A stretch of DNA of 63,952 nt, filler included, from Bigelowiella natans CCMP2755 (GCA_000320545.1; 9 parts of 9 records of this genome joined end to end with filler, not necessarily neighbours in it); one strand, 5' to 3'. Numbered from the whole stretch's first letter, positions 13,241 through 27,919 are shown. Numbers and translations: made by a program. Notes: generated by a model from the sequence alone, not told the origin.

Positions 13241-14229
13241 TTCTCTTCTCTCGTCTCTCACGTCCTCCCTCCCCTTGAAGATTGTTATCACCCGCTGTCC
13301 TTCGGCATATTTGGAGTCGCAAACACCCGAACACCTACCGACGTTGTTATCGTCATCTTCTTGCTACGACCAACGATCTTCACTACCAACATCCTCTCAA
13401 GATCCGCAAGGGGGAAGGGAGGAAGGGTCATTTACTGCTTTTGATGATATACCATCGATCTCAATCCCTTCGTTCTCCAAGTAGCGGCAGTTGGTCAGGA
13501 AGGCCTTGGCCTGGGCACATACGCGCAAATGGTGCGGTTAAGCTCCCTCCGCTGTAGGCGGGCACTTTTGTAGTTGCTTGTTCAGAGGATGATGGTGGTG
13601 GTGATGATGATGATAATGATAATGATGATGATGCAATGAGGTGGTCAATGATGACGATGGGTTGATGGATTATTCGAATGCGTCGAGGAGGAAGAGGATG
13701 ATGATGATGTTGTCTTCCATGGCCCTCGAGCCTCCAGCGCGACAAGCGCACAAAAGGGGAGGGGGGGCATGATAATTCGTACGACCTACACGTCAGTTGT
13801 TGATATAGTAACCAGGGAAAACAGCTACTACTACTTCTTACTACCTTCACGGAGTCCTGTTTCTCGTCGTGCCATTTCCTCCATTCTCTGTCGTAGAATC
13901 CGGTGTCCATTCTGATGCGTGATGAAAACACCGAATGAGTATGCGCGCGCACGCAAACCTTTCTTCACATAGCTCATCACCATCGCTATCATGTAGCCGT
14001 GATACAAAATGGTGCGAAGACAGCATAAGGAGGGCTCTACTACTACTGCTGCTGCTAACTCCATTATTTGTTGTTTTTTAGCTTTTACCAAAAAATTATC
14101 TTCTACTACCATGCCCCCTGCCCTGCAGCATGCACTTACGACGCACGTTAGGTCATGGTTTCCGGACACAACAATCTTGTGGCGATGTGGCAGCGTTCCT
14201 AGCCAACGGTTGAACTCGAAGATTTCCTA

Positions 14230-14266
<37 letters not shown>

Positions 14267-14535
14267 AAGAGAGAGAGGACATTGTCTGTACGCGAACGTT
14301 CAGAATACTTTTATGGTAGTACACTTCTCGCATATATGCTACGACAGCCCCGCTTACTCTCCTCAAAGTAAGAAATGACAAAATATTCCGATGATTTTGG
14401 CCGTTTGATGTGTCGTTGATATCGCTCTCTATTGCGGTGCCTTCTCGGTGCCGAATTTGGTGAAGTCGCCAGCGTGAAGCAACACGTCCCCGTCTGGGAC
14501 CTAGCACACAGCAATTTTTTTAGCAATCAAATGTT

Positions 14536-14574
<39 letters not shown>

Positions 14575-15664
14575 AATATAATAATACTTCCATATACGGA
14601 TTCCGTGTGCATATGTTAAGAAATATATGATTGCAGAGGGCCAATGTAGTTTGACACCCCAAGTAATTCTCTTTCTCATTACTTTGATTCGCTTGTGGTC
14701 GTTATGTGTGTCGCTAATACAGACAAAGCGCACGTAATCCTTATTTTCCAACGATGATGGCTGGGATGACAATGATGCCACGCCCTTCGCGTCGTCCACG
14801 AAGTTTCCCAGCTTCGGCATGGTTGGCTTGGGTCCGATCCCTGAACCAGGAGGGAGAAGAAATAATACCAGATGTGAAAAGGAGGAGATTACATCCCTCA
14901 CATCAAATGTTCATTCGAGATTCAATGCTGGAAGATCCAGCGGGCTGATTAGCACCCATCCTAGTATCTGCGACTTACCGAGGTAGTTGTAGCCAAAGCA
15001 CCAAATCCAAGCGCCGATGGTTGCGACAGAGGTGACAATCCACAGCAGTGAAACCTTCGGAAACCAAAGAGACAGGAGCCCGAGGCTAAGAAAATAGCCT
15101 GCTCAGATTATGTTAAAGAAGTCGAATTAGCCAAAGAATATCCAACGATTGCTGCTCTGGTCTACTACCGGAAATCACGCAGCATAAGAGTCCGGAGACG
15201 ACATATTTCGGCTCCAATCCAGTTATCCTAACCCTATGAATGAAGGGGAAAACTTTGGCGCTCGCTCGTCGAGTGTTACTGGCGGGAGAATCAGGGCCGA
15301 TGATCGAGTTGTTGATTACACTTACACGGGAAACACAATGAACCGAAGCGTCGCCACGATTAGTCTGTCGAATTCCGCCCACATATTGCTGCCCTACGAA
15401 TATTATGCGATCATCATGATCATGTTCCATCCCTCCTCCCTCCAGAGGCCGCGCTAACTCACCTTGGAAAAGGATGAGTAGTCTGAGCTCGGATGCTCGG
15501 ATGACGTTGTGGCTCGGATGACGTCAAGGCTCGGGTGCTTCTTTTTCAGTTCCGAGAAAGTTCCTTCGTCTGACCGGATAAATGCCAAGCGACAAAGACG
15601 AGTTCTTGTCTCTTCTGAGCAAAGGGTATCGATTTTCTCTCACTTTCCGCAGCGTCTTCAAGCT
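11874..15664 (-). CDS. MPPED1/2-like calcineurin-type metallophosphoesterase with an N-terminal hydrophobic segment
   Basis: Exons VRFVCISDTHNDH, VPDGDVLLHAGDFTKFGTEK|EIFEFNRWLGTLPHRHKIVVSGNHDLT, VDVLLTHSPPRGVLDR, RVGSRPLL..KPKFCVFGHIHE|DYGV..TVCINAASCT..EPIVFDI*. All five metal-binding motifs are present. The 5' end lies near or in the gap. Confidence 0.9.
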
Positions 15665-15768
15665 NNNNNNNNNNNNNNNNNNNNNNNNNNNNNNNNNNNN
15701 NNNNNNNNTTAATTAATTAANNNNNNNNNNNNNNNNNNNNNNNNNNNNNNNNNNNNNNNNNNNNATAG

Positions 15769-16143
15769 ATCCTGCGGGTTGTTCCCCCCATATCTGCAAT
15801 TTCTGCACGGATAAGTATGATAGGCCGGTGGGCATTTGTCCCGCTACGACACCTTAGAATTTATGAGGTTGCTAGTGCGATTTAAGACGAGGGAAGGGGG
15901 TGGGGCGGGGGAAGGGGTGCAGTTATTATTGGTTACATCGAGCAGTTGCATTTCTTCTGTGGGAATTGTGTTTGTTGTCGTTTCTCAATGGCCTTTCTTC
16001 GATCAGATGATGAGTGAAATTGCCGATGAAGAGTACTTTGCGTACGAGATGTACAGGTGGGGGGCGCTTTGATAATAGAGTAGGAATTATACTAGGAGAA
16101 CAACGATGAGATAGATGCACGATGTAAGGCCACAAGAGGCTCA

Positions 16144-16185
<42 letters not shown>

Positions 16186-17823
16186 ATATAATATACATAG
16201 ATATATAATATGTGTGTGATAGTAGTTTTATGTAGTTATTGCCAAAGACGATGCGGAACCGATTCATTGCCATTCACAAAAAAACACAAAATCATCACTC
16301 ATCGTCATCGTCGTCATCGTCGTTGTCGTCATCACTACCACCGGCGCCATGCACGCACGTACGTTTTCTTGGCGAGCTCTAATAAGACATGTAAAGAAGG
16401 CAAACCGATGTGTGTGCCAATTGACGGTGATGCTGTTCAAATCCATCGACTGTATGATAGGTGGGAATACATGTCGCAACTTCTGATGTCTATATCGGCG
16501 AGAACGAAGATGCTCGCGCAATGGGTACTAGGCTTCCTTTAGAGCGCGGGGAGGGGAGGGGAGGGTGAGGGTGGGGGGGGGGTAAAGCGCGAAGAGAGCA
16601 GCCAAACTATGGTTGGGAAAGATATAATCTCTCGTGTGTCTTTTTTGTCTTCTGTTATTATTTTGCGCACACACAACACAGGTGATAATAGTCGATATGC
16701 AGAAGTTCCCTACTAGCATATTCTCGAGAAAGGTAGTAGTATGCTATATGTGTGCGCCACGCCTCAGGAACACGAATGGCCGATATAAACATAAATGAGT
16801 ACATAAATATAACATATATTATATGTAATTTATTTATAGTCGTGGTGTGCATTGTTCGTCACCTGTATTCTGTGTATATGTGCATCGGCGCTGAGTGCTG
16901 TATGGTTGAGGACGTTATGGTGATATGCTGGGATACTGCCTCTTCTGCTGCTGTTGCGATTTTCACTCGTTACAGGGAATGAATTATCTCCGCAAACCCC
17001 ATCTTGTGCTCAACCAGATCTTCAAAGTCGCTTTGCACACACACACGCACATGCACACGCACACGCGCACGCACACGCACACGCCCACGCGCACACACAC
17101 ATATATACACATACACAATATCACCCTCATACAAACATTCGAGCTTCATATGCAAACAGAGAGATGGCTGCGTTGTAATTAGCATGCCTTCAAGTTGGGA
17201 TGTAGAGCATAGATCAACGAGATCAGCCTTCTCCTTTTGCTTCTTCCTCCTCCTCCTCCTCCTCCTCCTCCTCCTACTCCTCTTCCTTCTCCTTCTATTC
17301 TTACACGTAACAATAACATCAAATATAGGAGCTCTTGGGGCCTATCATCGTCATAAACGCCCCGCCGGTCTTTCAGGTTATTTGGCAATTTGCTTTGCTG
17401 CCTTGATGTACATCACGACGCGTCATTGATGCAAAGAATGAGAGAACTGATTCACACATTTCCGTATCGAGCCGAATATTTTATGTGTGCACTCTCTCTC
17501 TCTCTCTCGCCCTCGCTCTCTCTCGCCCTCGCTCTCGCCCTCGCTTTCTCTGTCTTGGTGTGTGTGTGATATGTGTGTGTGTGTGTGTGTGTTTGTGTGT
17601 GTGATATACATGAAACATGGGCAATAGGCTATATGGGGAATAGCAAAGTACTTCGTAACGAGTCGCACTCGAAAAAAGGTGACAGATAGAAAAACAAAAG
17701 GGGGGCTTGGTTGGGAGAAGGGAGAGAGGATAGTACACACCTATATCAGCACACGCGGGTACAGACATGCAAAGCTAAATTATATCAATAGCGTGAAATT
17801 TCATCTTATACTGAAACGTATTG

Positions 17824-17867
<44 letters not shown>

Positions 17868-18228
17868 GTACTAGTATATGTGTGTTTGGGGGGGGGGTGG
17901 GGAGTGGGGGGATTCACATGCGATTCTTTTGCCGATAGATGCTCCCGTATGCATGCTTGTCATTATTTTCTTGATTGTCTTTGTTTGTTATTTATGCAAT
18001 CCCCATTCCTTCCGCCACAATATGAAACAGGTTAGTGTATATGGGAGAGACTTCGAGGCCAAACTTAGCGAATTGATATCTGCCAAGGTCGTAAATATTT
18101 CAAACTTTCCCCTGGGTTTTTCCTTTAATATATTTACCTTGATTTTGAGCTTTGTGGCGTTATCATGATATAGGATGCTAAGTATAAAATATGTGTTGTT
18201 GGGTACTTATGTGACTCATATGTCATAA

Positions 18229-18279
<51 letters not shown>

Positions 18280-18410
18280 GTACTAATAGCATAATGTTAA
18301 ATCATTCTACATTGCAGAACGTACGCCGTTTGGTAAAAGAGACAATGACGCAAGCTGATAGATCTTTTGGCAGCGATTCCTCAAAGGACTTGAAAACGGC
18401 CGATGTATGA
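15769..18410 (+). CDS. CRAL-TRIO/Sec14 lipid-binding domain protein (5' end in gap)
   Basis: Exons FPHICNFCTDKYDRP, EEYFAYEMYR|WEYMSQLL, VIIVDMQKFPTSIF, ELLGPIIVINAPPVFQVIWQF and QVSVYGRDFEAKLSELISAK match the Sec14 motifs (TDKdGRPV; iiiDm; iINAP..F..iW). Confidence 0.8.
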
Positions 18411-19808
18411 ACATGTGAACACGCTGACATCATAGAAGTACATGCCGCTTACAGTTGTTACATCCATCCAAGCTAGCAAGTGCGCGCGCGACCGCGGTGC
18501 GTTTTTCTGCTGCTAATGACTAGATGAGCTAGTTTTGATGAATTGGCTGCTGCGGTGCGCAACATGTCTAGATTGAAGCGGGGTCAAAGGCAATGTCGCT
18601 GCATTTCATCAGGCATTCTCAGAACAAATTCGCATGAGTGAGTGAATGATGATGCATCTCTGATCCAGCTAGCCAGTGATGTGCCAGTCTAGTGGCATCT
18701 AGGCCTGTGCGTCTGTGCAATCTAGCAAGCGGATGAAGACGTAGCTGTGCTAGCTAGTCAGTGTGGTGATGCTCTGAACTTGCGCACCATAGCACCAAAG
18801 GCTGGAAATTACGATGCAAATCGAATGACTTCATTTGGACCATGCTTGCCGCCAAAGTAGCAAAAGCGAACCACTCTGCAAGACCATTGCAGATCGACTG
18901 CCTCAGCAATTGAATCACACCTCACTTGCATCTCCGACGAGTAGCTGAGGACATCTAGACATCTCTGTGACACTCGGTGCTCAACAAATGCGCCAAGTGC
19001 ATGACGTGTGCGACGTGGAGGGTTGATGAAGCGTGATCATGTTGTCGTAGTCATGTGGTCGTGCGCAAGGCTGGAACCACTGGACTGCTGTGGCATGGTG
19101 CTGGAGAAGGCGCGATGCAAATCAAGCATGGAAAACCATGTTCAATCATCCGTCTGCGAACAAGCGAGTAAATGCTTGTTTTTCCAGTGCGACTTTGGGA
19201 GCGTGCGGTTTTGTGCCAGAAGCTTTGAAGTCACGATGTTCCGATGTTTTCCGGGCCAAACAGCCAGGCAATGAGTCCACCCACTTTGCTTGGTCCACGT
19301 GTCGAACGTGTCCTACCTGAGAAGTGCGCAAAACGTGAAAAGGCGGTAATTTAGGCCACCCCCCTCAGGATTCTGATGTGCAGTTGCCTGGACGCTGTGC
19401 TTGGTGCATGCACGAAACAGAAAGCGTGTTCTTCCATGCAGGGACTCCATTTTCGTGTTGTTTAACAGTTTGCAAAGTCAAAAAATTGGTCCATAACCAT
19501 GTCGCAGCCTTGAAAGGTCGTGGAATCCGACACGAATTTGCTGTTCGCGTGGAATTCTCGGAGAATTTTTCCCGGAAGAGGAACATTCGCTGTCGCTTCC
19601 GAAGTTTTGGGCCGGCGCTGCTCAAATCAGGGGAAGGGTCCTATTTCTATTATTTTGGGCCGCAAAAGGCTAATAATTATTGATAAATGTATTCCTTTTT
19701 CGAAATAAAAGTGATTTTTTTGGCACTCGGTAGGTCTTACCACATCTGATCTCTCCGTCGCCGAGAGCCTCCCCCTCTAACACACAGAACAGAATCACCA
19801 AGGATACA

Positions 19809-20647
19809 ATGTCTGAGGCCCCAAAGGCAGAAGCTGCTGCTGCCGCAACAGTGGCTGCGAAATCGAAGGACGTAGCGAAGAGTGAGGCTAAGGATGGCGC
19901 GGCTATGACTCAAGAGCGCCCTACCGTCACCGTAAAGGATGTGAAGCTTGTTGCAGGCAACACGGCTATCTTCAGTGGAGAAGACATCGTAATCGAATTA
20001 CTTACTGACGACTTTCATTAACGAAATTATTAAGAACAGTAGGGGTTGGAGCGAGAGTAGAAATAGACACTCCTCTACGAGTAGGAGTTATTGCATGAAC
20101 GCTGAGAAGGAATGCTGCTTTTGCAGGCTATTATCGTTGCGAATCCAGAGATCGAAAGCCGGGAGGAGATAGCCCAGATGAACAAGAACTTCCTCAAGAA
20201 TAGGCTCAAGAAAAAAACGAAGAAGCAAGACACGGAAGAGCAGAAAGTAATTCCTGTTTACGGCACCAAACTTTCGTGACGATTTAACACGGCTGCCGCA
20301 CGATTACCTGTCATTTAGCGTACGATATTGACATTTTACTTGCTGTGTGGAGGGAAAAACATATTTGGAATTAAACCACCTCACCGCACTTTGTGTTGCT
20401 CATGTGAAAGTGTATTTCGGGAATTAAATAAATGGAGACGAGCGTGCACGCTCACAGCATGTCGTTTGTTCGAAAGGCGGGGCCTCTGCACAAGGGAAAA
20501 GTCTCCAAATGGTTTGGCGAGAAGGGATATGGTATGCCACGATGCGCTTGTAGATCTTAACAACAATGAGACAATGAAATATAAATATATTTCTCCCACT
20601 GAATGAATAGCGTGGAGCAAGATGCTTACAACTAGGACATTTTTTCA

Positions 20648-20686
<39 letters not shown>

Positions 20687-21042
20687 TTGTATATTTCGTG
20701 TGTTTGTCATAGGATTTTTGAATGCCGAAGGAATCAAAGACGACATATTCGTGCACTGGAAGAGTATTATACAGAAGGGGTAAGCACCTCGGCGTTAGTA
20801 TAAATGAAGAATAGTTACGGTTGGTAGCATATAGTAATGTACGCTTTGCATTAAATCTTCACGTTTGCGAGATGGTAACATTTGTGCGTGCGTGGCCAAC
20901 ATCATCATCATCATCAGGAAAAAGTCGCTGAACATTGGAGATACCGTTGTTTTTGAGAAGCATGAGAACGATAAAGGAAAACCGGTTGGCAAGCTTGTTA
21001 GGTGATATGATATAATGCATATAAGTATACACATATATACAC

Positions 21043-21080
<38 letters not shown>

Positions 21081-21587
21081 ATATTTTTCCTCACACTCTG
21101 GAATGTATACACTGAATCGAAGTTGTAGTAACGTCTTTTATTGATACTGCTACCATCGTTATTAGGGTAATGTCCAAGTACCATCTGAGCTATATCCAAC
21201 CGCTGTCGTTTGCGGAAACAAGTATATTAAGTCTAGGGAGAGGGAAGGGGGGATGGGTGGGGGGAACTGTAGAAAAAGGGAAACTTTAAATAGACAGTAC
21301 CTAATCAGCATATTTCATGTAATTATTATACACACTTGTCGCAGAAGCTGGAAGTCTCTCCGAAAAGCATTCGAATATAGAGCTTTTCGAGCATCCTGAT
21401 GTAACATACATAACGAGATTTGCATTACTTTTTTATAACTACATTTGATGTGTTCTCTCTCTTTCTCTCCCTCTATCTATTTATCTATCTCTATCTGTCT
21501 ATCTGTTAACTCTCTCTTTCTCTCTCTCTTTCTCTCCTTTTCTCTTTTTTACTGTCATTATTCTCATACAGCGACACATAAACACGC

Positions 21588-21625
<38 letters not shown>

Positions 21626-21735
21626 ACAAGCTTTCAAATATTCATTTGGTGTTATATATTATATCAGGCCGAGAAGCGCAAAGTTGCTCCTTTCAAAGCA
21701 AGGTTTAACCCGCAATATACATAGAATCCGATATA

Positions 21736-21796
<61 letters not shown>

Positions 21797-24339
21797 TAAA
21801 AAGCACTACCGCACCAACATTCTGCAAACAACAACACAAACTCTTATTCTCGGTGTCCTAATTGGACCCATCGTTTGCCAATAAATCCCGCATTGCAAAA
21901 TGATGACGCTGATATGGGGGGCGTTGGCAGGGTAAAAGGAGGCGCGGATATTGGGCGTGTGCAGAGATTTGCGGGAGATTTGATGTTTCTACTGCTCAAT
22001 AGAAGAAAGGTGCCGTGACCTCTTTCCCCCCCCCCTGTAGATCATTGCACACAGAATAACGTCGCCGACAAGTACACAAACACACACATGCACGTCTTCA
22101 TATATCCTAAACAATATAACATATGCGCCTCTTTCCTATCTTCACGTTGAAGTAGGGAGGAGATCCACGTGTAGCAGCAAACCACATAGCCTCACCCCTA
22201 CCTCCCCCCCCCCCCTCCTGCTCTTATGATGCTGTTACAAGGTTGCATTTGAAGGGCTCCCTTGCAAGAAATACGACGATTTTGGGCTATTGGCCAAGGA
22301 CGTCTCAGACATCAAGAAAGGTCCCCACGCATCTGATGCATGTGATAGCAGCAGCGCGGTGCTACTTGGGCTTCATGCGTGCAGCTCCATCGCCCCCCGG
22401 GGCCGCGCATATTGCCTTCCCAGAATGTGCGTATAGTCTCGTACTGTTTTCTCAGGAGTATTTAATGCCAAAATGCGCGCGCGTTTTGTAGTTGAGCAGG
22501 TCTTGCCGGGGGTATCGGAGGCCTCCACGCAGTTTAATATGAAAAGGTGGGTAAAGGGTATTGCAATGCCTCGGGGGGGGGGGGGTTGGGGGGGTATTCT
22601 AATTACATATTAATGAGTGTTACGTACGCGCAGGGATGCAGAGATCCAAAAGAAGCAGCTGGAAAAGCTCCACGGCATCAAGCAGGTACTACTACCCTTT
22701 GCCGCAACAAAATGGTAGATGTAAGGGAAGTGAGTAGAAATACCTACAGAACCATGGTCATATTTGATACGATGCGAATTAACATCCCATCCATGGCGTT
22801 GTGCTGTGTGTTTGTATTTTATCAGAAACTACTGGCCTACTTAGGGAAAACAAAAGGTCACTTCTCCCATCTTTCTCCCTCAAAAGCCTTCAGAGAGAAG
22901 GGGGGGGGAGAAATGCAAAAGAGAATAATAGTTGTAGTATAAAGGCTCAAAGCAGCCAAATTCCTTCAAATAGAATTTCTCATCTTTACTATCACCCCAC
23001 ACGACGAATGACGAAGAGAGAGACCGCCAAAGAATGAAACGTTTGCCAACACGTTAGGGCATGCAAGATCCACGCGTATCTCGACTTTGCGACAGTAAGC
23101 AGATTGTTGCCCGACACAAACCAAGAGAACAAATACAACAAATGCAACAAATGCAACAACTCAAAGAGCATCCTTTTCCTGATTCATCGCGCTTATTCGA
23201 GCCTAATGCGCAGTCGGCGACGTTCATACCACGACGCCACGCTGTCTCACGCTAATGCGTGCATGTATCGTGCGCCCCGCCCGCCCCGCCGTCAGAATCA
23301 TCCCGAAGGATGAATTCCCGCCCCGGGATGTTCGGATTTATCAAGTTTAACGACCTCCTTCGTGATATGCCTGAAGTGGTATAACGAGAAGGGAGAGGGG
23401 AGGGGGGCGGGGGGCGAAGGAGACGAGAGTGGTAGTTCTGTTGTTGTTTTCCACCGGGAAACGGGGGGGGGGGGGAGATTGAAAATTGGTTAGGTTAGCT
23501 TGTGCTTGCTTCATGTGTTTGATATTACTTATGAGTCCGCATTTGGATTTGTAAGATCGAATTTCTCAACGCAAACAAGATAAGGCTCACGGTAAATACA
23601 GTTGCATTCTGAGCGTGATTCTGCGACAGTTGTGTGTGGTGGTGGTGATGGTGGTGGTGGTTTTACTCCTCACGTTTCTTTCGCTCCTGCTACCTTGTTG
23701 AAGATATATGCGCGCACGCGTGTGTATGTGTATTTGTATGTGTGTGTATGTGTGTGCTGTGTGTAACTGTGCCCTTCCTTATCTGTCTATTATTAGAGCG
23801 CAAAGAAAAGAAAGAGAGATTCAGTAGAGCCTGCAGCAGCTGATACGGCCGAGAAGAAGGACGAGGGGGGGGAGAAAAAGGAGGCGGAAGAAAGAAAGGA
23901 GGCTGCTGCGTCCACCTCGACAGCAAATAAAGAAAGTACTTTAAGAAAATGTCTTCTTCTTTGATATGGGCCGATGAGTATATGGGCGATGATGTTACAC
24001 GGGGGAAAATCGGGCATGATCCCGATGAGATTTCATCTTGCATTTGAGCGTGGCCTAGTACTGTTTCTGGCAACTCTAGGAGTTGATTTTTCTGGCCAAT
24101 TTCGTGTTCACAGGCGACATGAAAGTGGATGGCGCCACTCTTGCCACGAAGGAATCTGCTGGAGAACAGCAAACAGGTTTCGATCATCTCCGCCATATGT
24201 GGTTGTTGATTTTATGTCGTTTTTTCCCCGCGTGTGTTGGCTATTGTTTTCGCCGTTATTCTCTGTATTTATTATGTATGGCATTGAACCGTTGTGCTCA
24301 GGGACAGAGCCCAGCCCAAAGAAGGCGAAGACAACTTAA
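19809..24339 (+). CDS. Multi-exon cold-shock-domain protein
   Basis: Spliced HKGKVSKWFGEKGY|GFLNAEGIKDDIFVHWKSIIQKG|KKSLNIGDTVVFEKHENDKGK is a CSD with RNP1 (KGYGFL) and RNP2 (DIFVH). It starts MSEAPKAE and many small exons lead to GTEPSPKKAKTT*. That all downstream exons belong to one gene is inferred. Confidence 0.75.
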
Positions 24340-25279
24340 GCTGGAGACAACTTAAGCTGGAATTATTGTCGTTTCCCTGTGCTCACCACCGTTGTGCATA
24401 TGCTAGATCTGAGTTATCCATAGCACGTGTTTAATAGCAACATTTCGATCTCTGGGTGCACATATATATACACACATACATATATGTATGTATGAACGCT
24501 TAGCTTGTGCGCATGCGCGACTAGATGACGAGTTTCCAAGAATGCAATGCCCGTGCATATATATATAGCATGCATGTGTACATGCACATATCTAGATATG
24601 CGTCACGAACGATGAATGCACAATACGCATGCTAACATGTACACACATCATATTATTGCGCATCATGTGAGACAGAAGGAATGACAAATTGAAATATTCA
24701 ACACACTCCTTGTCCTAATGTAGCTACCTCTATATAGAGCGTAGCGGCACAATAAAGCTTATGTTGAATTTATATAAATTGCGCACATAATTATTGATCT
24801 AGTAAGAGCATTTTAGTAGCAATGCAGATCTTGCTACTCTCATTTGGTTAATGATCTTCCTATATATAGCTAGCTCATTGCAATTGCGCTTATAACTATT
24901 GTGCTGGGCACATGCTATAGCATGCGGAAGAGACAAAGACAGAATTCATATTCTCTTCTCTATATCGGCAATGGTGCTGCTAGATCTAGAATGATGTGGA
25001 CTTCAGTTTTTTACCTACATGATCATATGCACATGCAAATGCAAGCCTCTAGATGTTTGAACATAGCTCCTTCTGCATGCAGCTGAATCTAGCAATAATG
25101 GCCGAGAAGCACGCGCGTAGATGCGCTGATTAGATCGAGCAAGCATTTCTCATCTTTGTACACTATGCAGCATTTCACTTCTGTACATCAGGACTTGATT
25201 TTTTCGCAATTAGAAATTAATGAACCACTAACCAGAGCACGACTCTCTTCCTAAGGACCATTCGGATTAGTTGTTTCCC

Positions 25280-25707
25280 TATAATCCCTCAAGCTTCTTC
25301 TTGTGTTAGCGCTATGCGAATGGCGCAACGATCGTCGTGGCACAGCGATGCCTACTGTGCTCCTACTACACCAACGGCTGGCCTCCCAGCTTCCCAATCG
25401 TACTAAGTGTCAGTGAAATCAATGATGTCATTATCATCCTCATCGTCCTCATCATCTTCGTCATGTTGCGCGCCTCGAAACCTGACCACAACACCAGCAG
25501 GGCGGCAGCATCATCGCTGTACTGTCAGATTGAAAAGGAGAACCGCGATCGCTTGAATCGTCAGCTACGAGACACACGGCGCTGTGTATCTCCTACCGCA
25601 CGGCGGCGGCCTCGCGCCGAGTAGCGAGAGTGAGGAAAACAAACCCTTGGGAAGAGTCGCAATTTATCTCTCGCACGCATATGGTACTGCTTTTCGTAAT
25701 CGTTATG

Positions 25708-25743
<36 letters not shown>

Positions 25744-25989
25744 ATGACACTACGGGTATGGCCTACCTCGCAAGGAGCAATTCGAGAAGGTAGTTTGTGT
25801 GGAATCGATTTCCTGAGATTATACAAATGCACAGACGATGAAGAGAGGACCACCAACCGCCCATATAAAAAAAAATTGCTAACCAAACTCATCGTAACAT
25901 TTACTCGTGTTTCGCCATCACCATAATCTAGAATTCGGGGAGTTTGTCAATATGCCTTGGTTATCCCCCCACCCCCCCGCGCGCGAGCG

Positions 25990-26032
<43 letters not shown>

Positions 26033-26349
26033 ACACTCACACACACATACACACACACTGCGTCTCTGTCCTTCAAAGGGGGAGGGGAGGGATGGGGGGA
26101 GATAATTACCATTTTCAAGTGAGCGCATATTTCTTTGCATAACAACTTCGGCATCGTCGAGTGGATTGTGGTAGTCGCTCACAGCCCTCCAAATCTATTT
26201 ATTTCATTCCATCACCAACACGATGAGCGGTGCGGCAAACATCGGACTACGCTTTGAAACACACGGTGTTCTTTCCTAGTGATGAGGTAGAGTTTGCGAG
26301 ACTCTCAACCTTGATCCTCATGAGAGTAGGTTGCGGGAGGGGATTTGTA

Positions 26350-26388
<39 letters not shown>

Positions 26389-26546
26389 CATGCGAGGGGT
26401 ATCTAACGTACAAATGTGGAATAAATGTCGTTTGGGATGATGACCTTCACAGTGCGCTCGATGCCACTTGTCGCGAGACAGGAGCCATCTGTCCGAAGCA
26501 CCAAAAACATGCATCACAGTACCACGTAAATGTAGGAGAGGTACAC

Positions 26547-26585
<39 letters not shown>

Positions 26586-26635
26586 ACAACAACACTATGA
26601 ATGATGAGAGGGAGGGAGGGAGAGAGAGAGAGAGA

Positions 26636-26667
<32 letters not shown>

Positions 26668-26717
26668 TCGTTATCTGTTGTTGTTGTTGTTTCTAGTAGT
26701 ACTAACATAAGTAGTGC

Positions 26718-26749
<32 letters not shown>

Positions 26750-26840
26750 CCTGGGCTGGACTGCACCACATTGACGACATCATCGTCTCCTTCTAACAGC
26801 TGTACCTGAACAACAACAACAACAACAACAACATCGACCA

Positions 26841-26899
<59 letters not shown>

Positions 26900-27521
26900 C
26901 GACAACTACCACCACCACCATCATCACTATCATCATAATCATCATGCTGCTACTCTACTGAGCAAGGAGGGAGGGAGGGAGGGAGAGAATAAACTATCAC
27001 TGTTATCACCACAGGCTTGCTGCCCTGTCAGTTTTTACTTAAACAGCTACATCTCACACTATCATCAAGAAGGTTCAAGTCGCTGTATCATCCATGCGAC
27101 GTTTGCTACTGTCATGAAGGATTTATGAAAAATGAGGACCAGTTTTCCGTCGCTCTTGCGCCAAATGAAGATCTAAGCCAACCCATGGGGGGGGGAAGAA
27201 GGGAGACAAAGAGAAAGAGAGAAAGAGAGCGAGAGAGAGAGAGGGAGGGAGAAAGCAATAGTTTATATCGTCGTTGATTTCTGCAAATCTTTTGATGATG
27301 ATGATGATGACGACGATGATAATGGCAATGGAAGTGCCATCAACACAGAAACAACTCTTCTCAAACTTCTGCCCACCACCACCACCGCCACCAAATACTA
27401 TCCCTATTCATTGCCCCGCACACCAAAAACGACTGCTTTCCGTTGAATTCCTCTCCTTTTCTCTTCACAGTCTCTCTAGATGATAACGTACACGTTTGCG
27501 TTTGAAACGTGTATCGTGCTA

Positions 27522-27556
<35 letters not shown>

Positions 27557-27587
27557 GTCTGTGTTTGAAACGTGTATCGTGGTAAAA

Positions 27588-27639
<52 letters not shown>

Positions 27640-27873
27640 ATATCTGCACACATTGCCGTCGTCGCTGCCTGATATAACATGATCGCTCCGAGGACCGTAG
27701 AAGTTGACCTTTATGAAGAAATCGCTTCAAAAACCATACATCATCATCATCATCATCTCTGCTACTGTCTCTTGCTTGTTTACGTGCCCCCCCTCCCCCC
27801 CCCCCCCAATATCTACCTCCTTCACTGTGCGAACGTTCAAATGTCCGGTATATTGCCTTGCCTGGTAGGAGAA

Positions 27874-27919
<46 letters not shown>

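Noticed and set aside
19351-19645. Possible MITE bounded by taggccaccccc ... ggggaagggtccta
   Set aside because: The inverted repeats are short and imperfect, there is no second copy in the window and no convincing target-site duplication.
27490-27630. Duplicated tttgaaacgtgtatcgtg + (TA)n unit; similar short duplications at 24328-24361 and 39678-39738
   Set aside because: Two-copy local slippage duplications in introns or UTRs; no spacer structure, not CRISPR-like.
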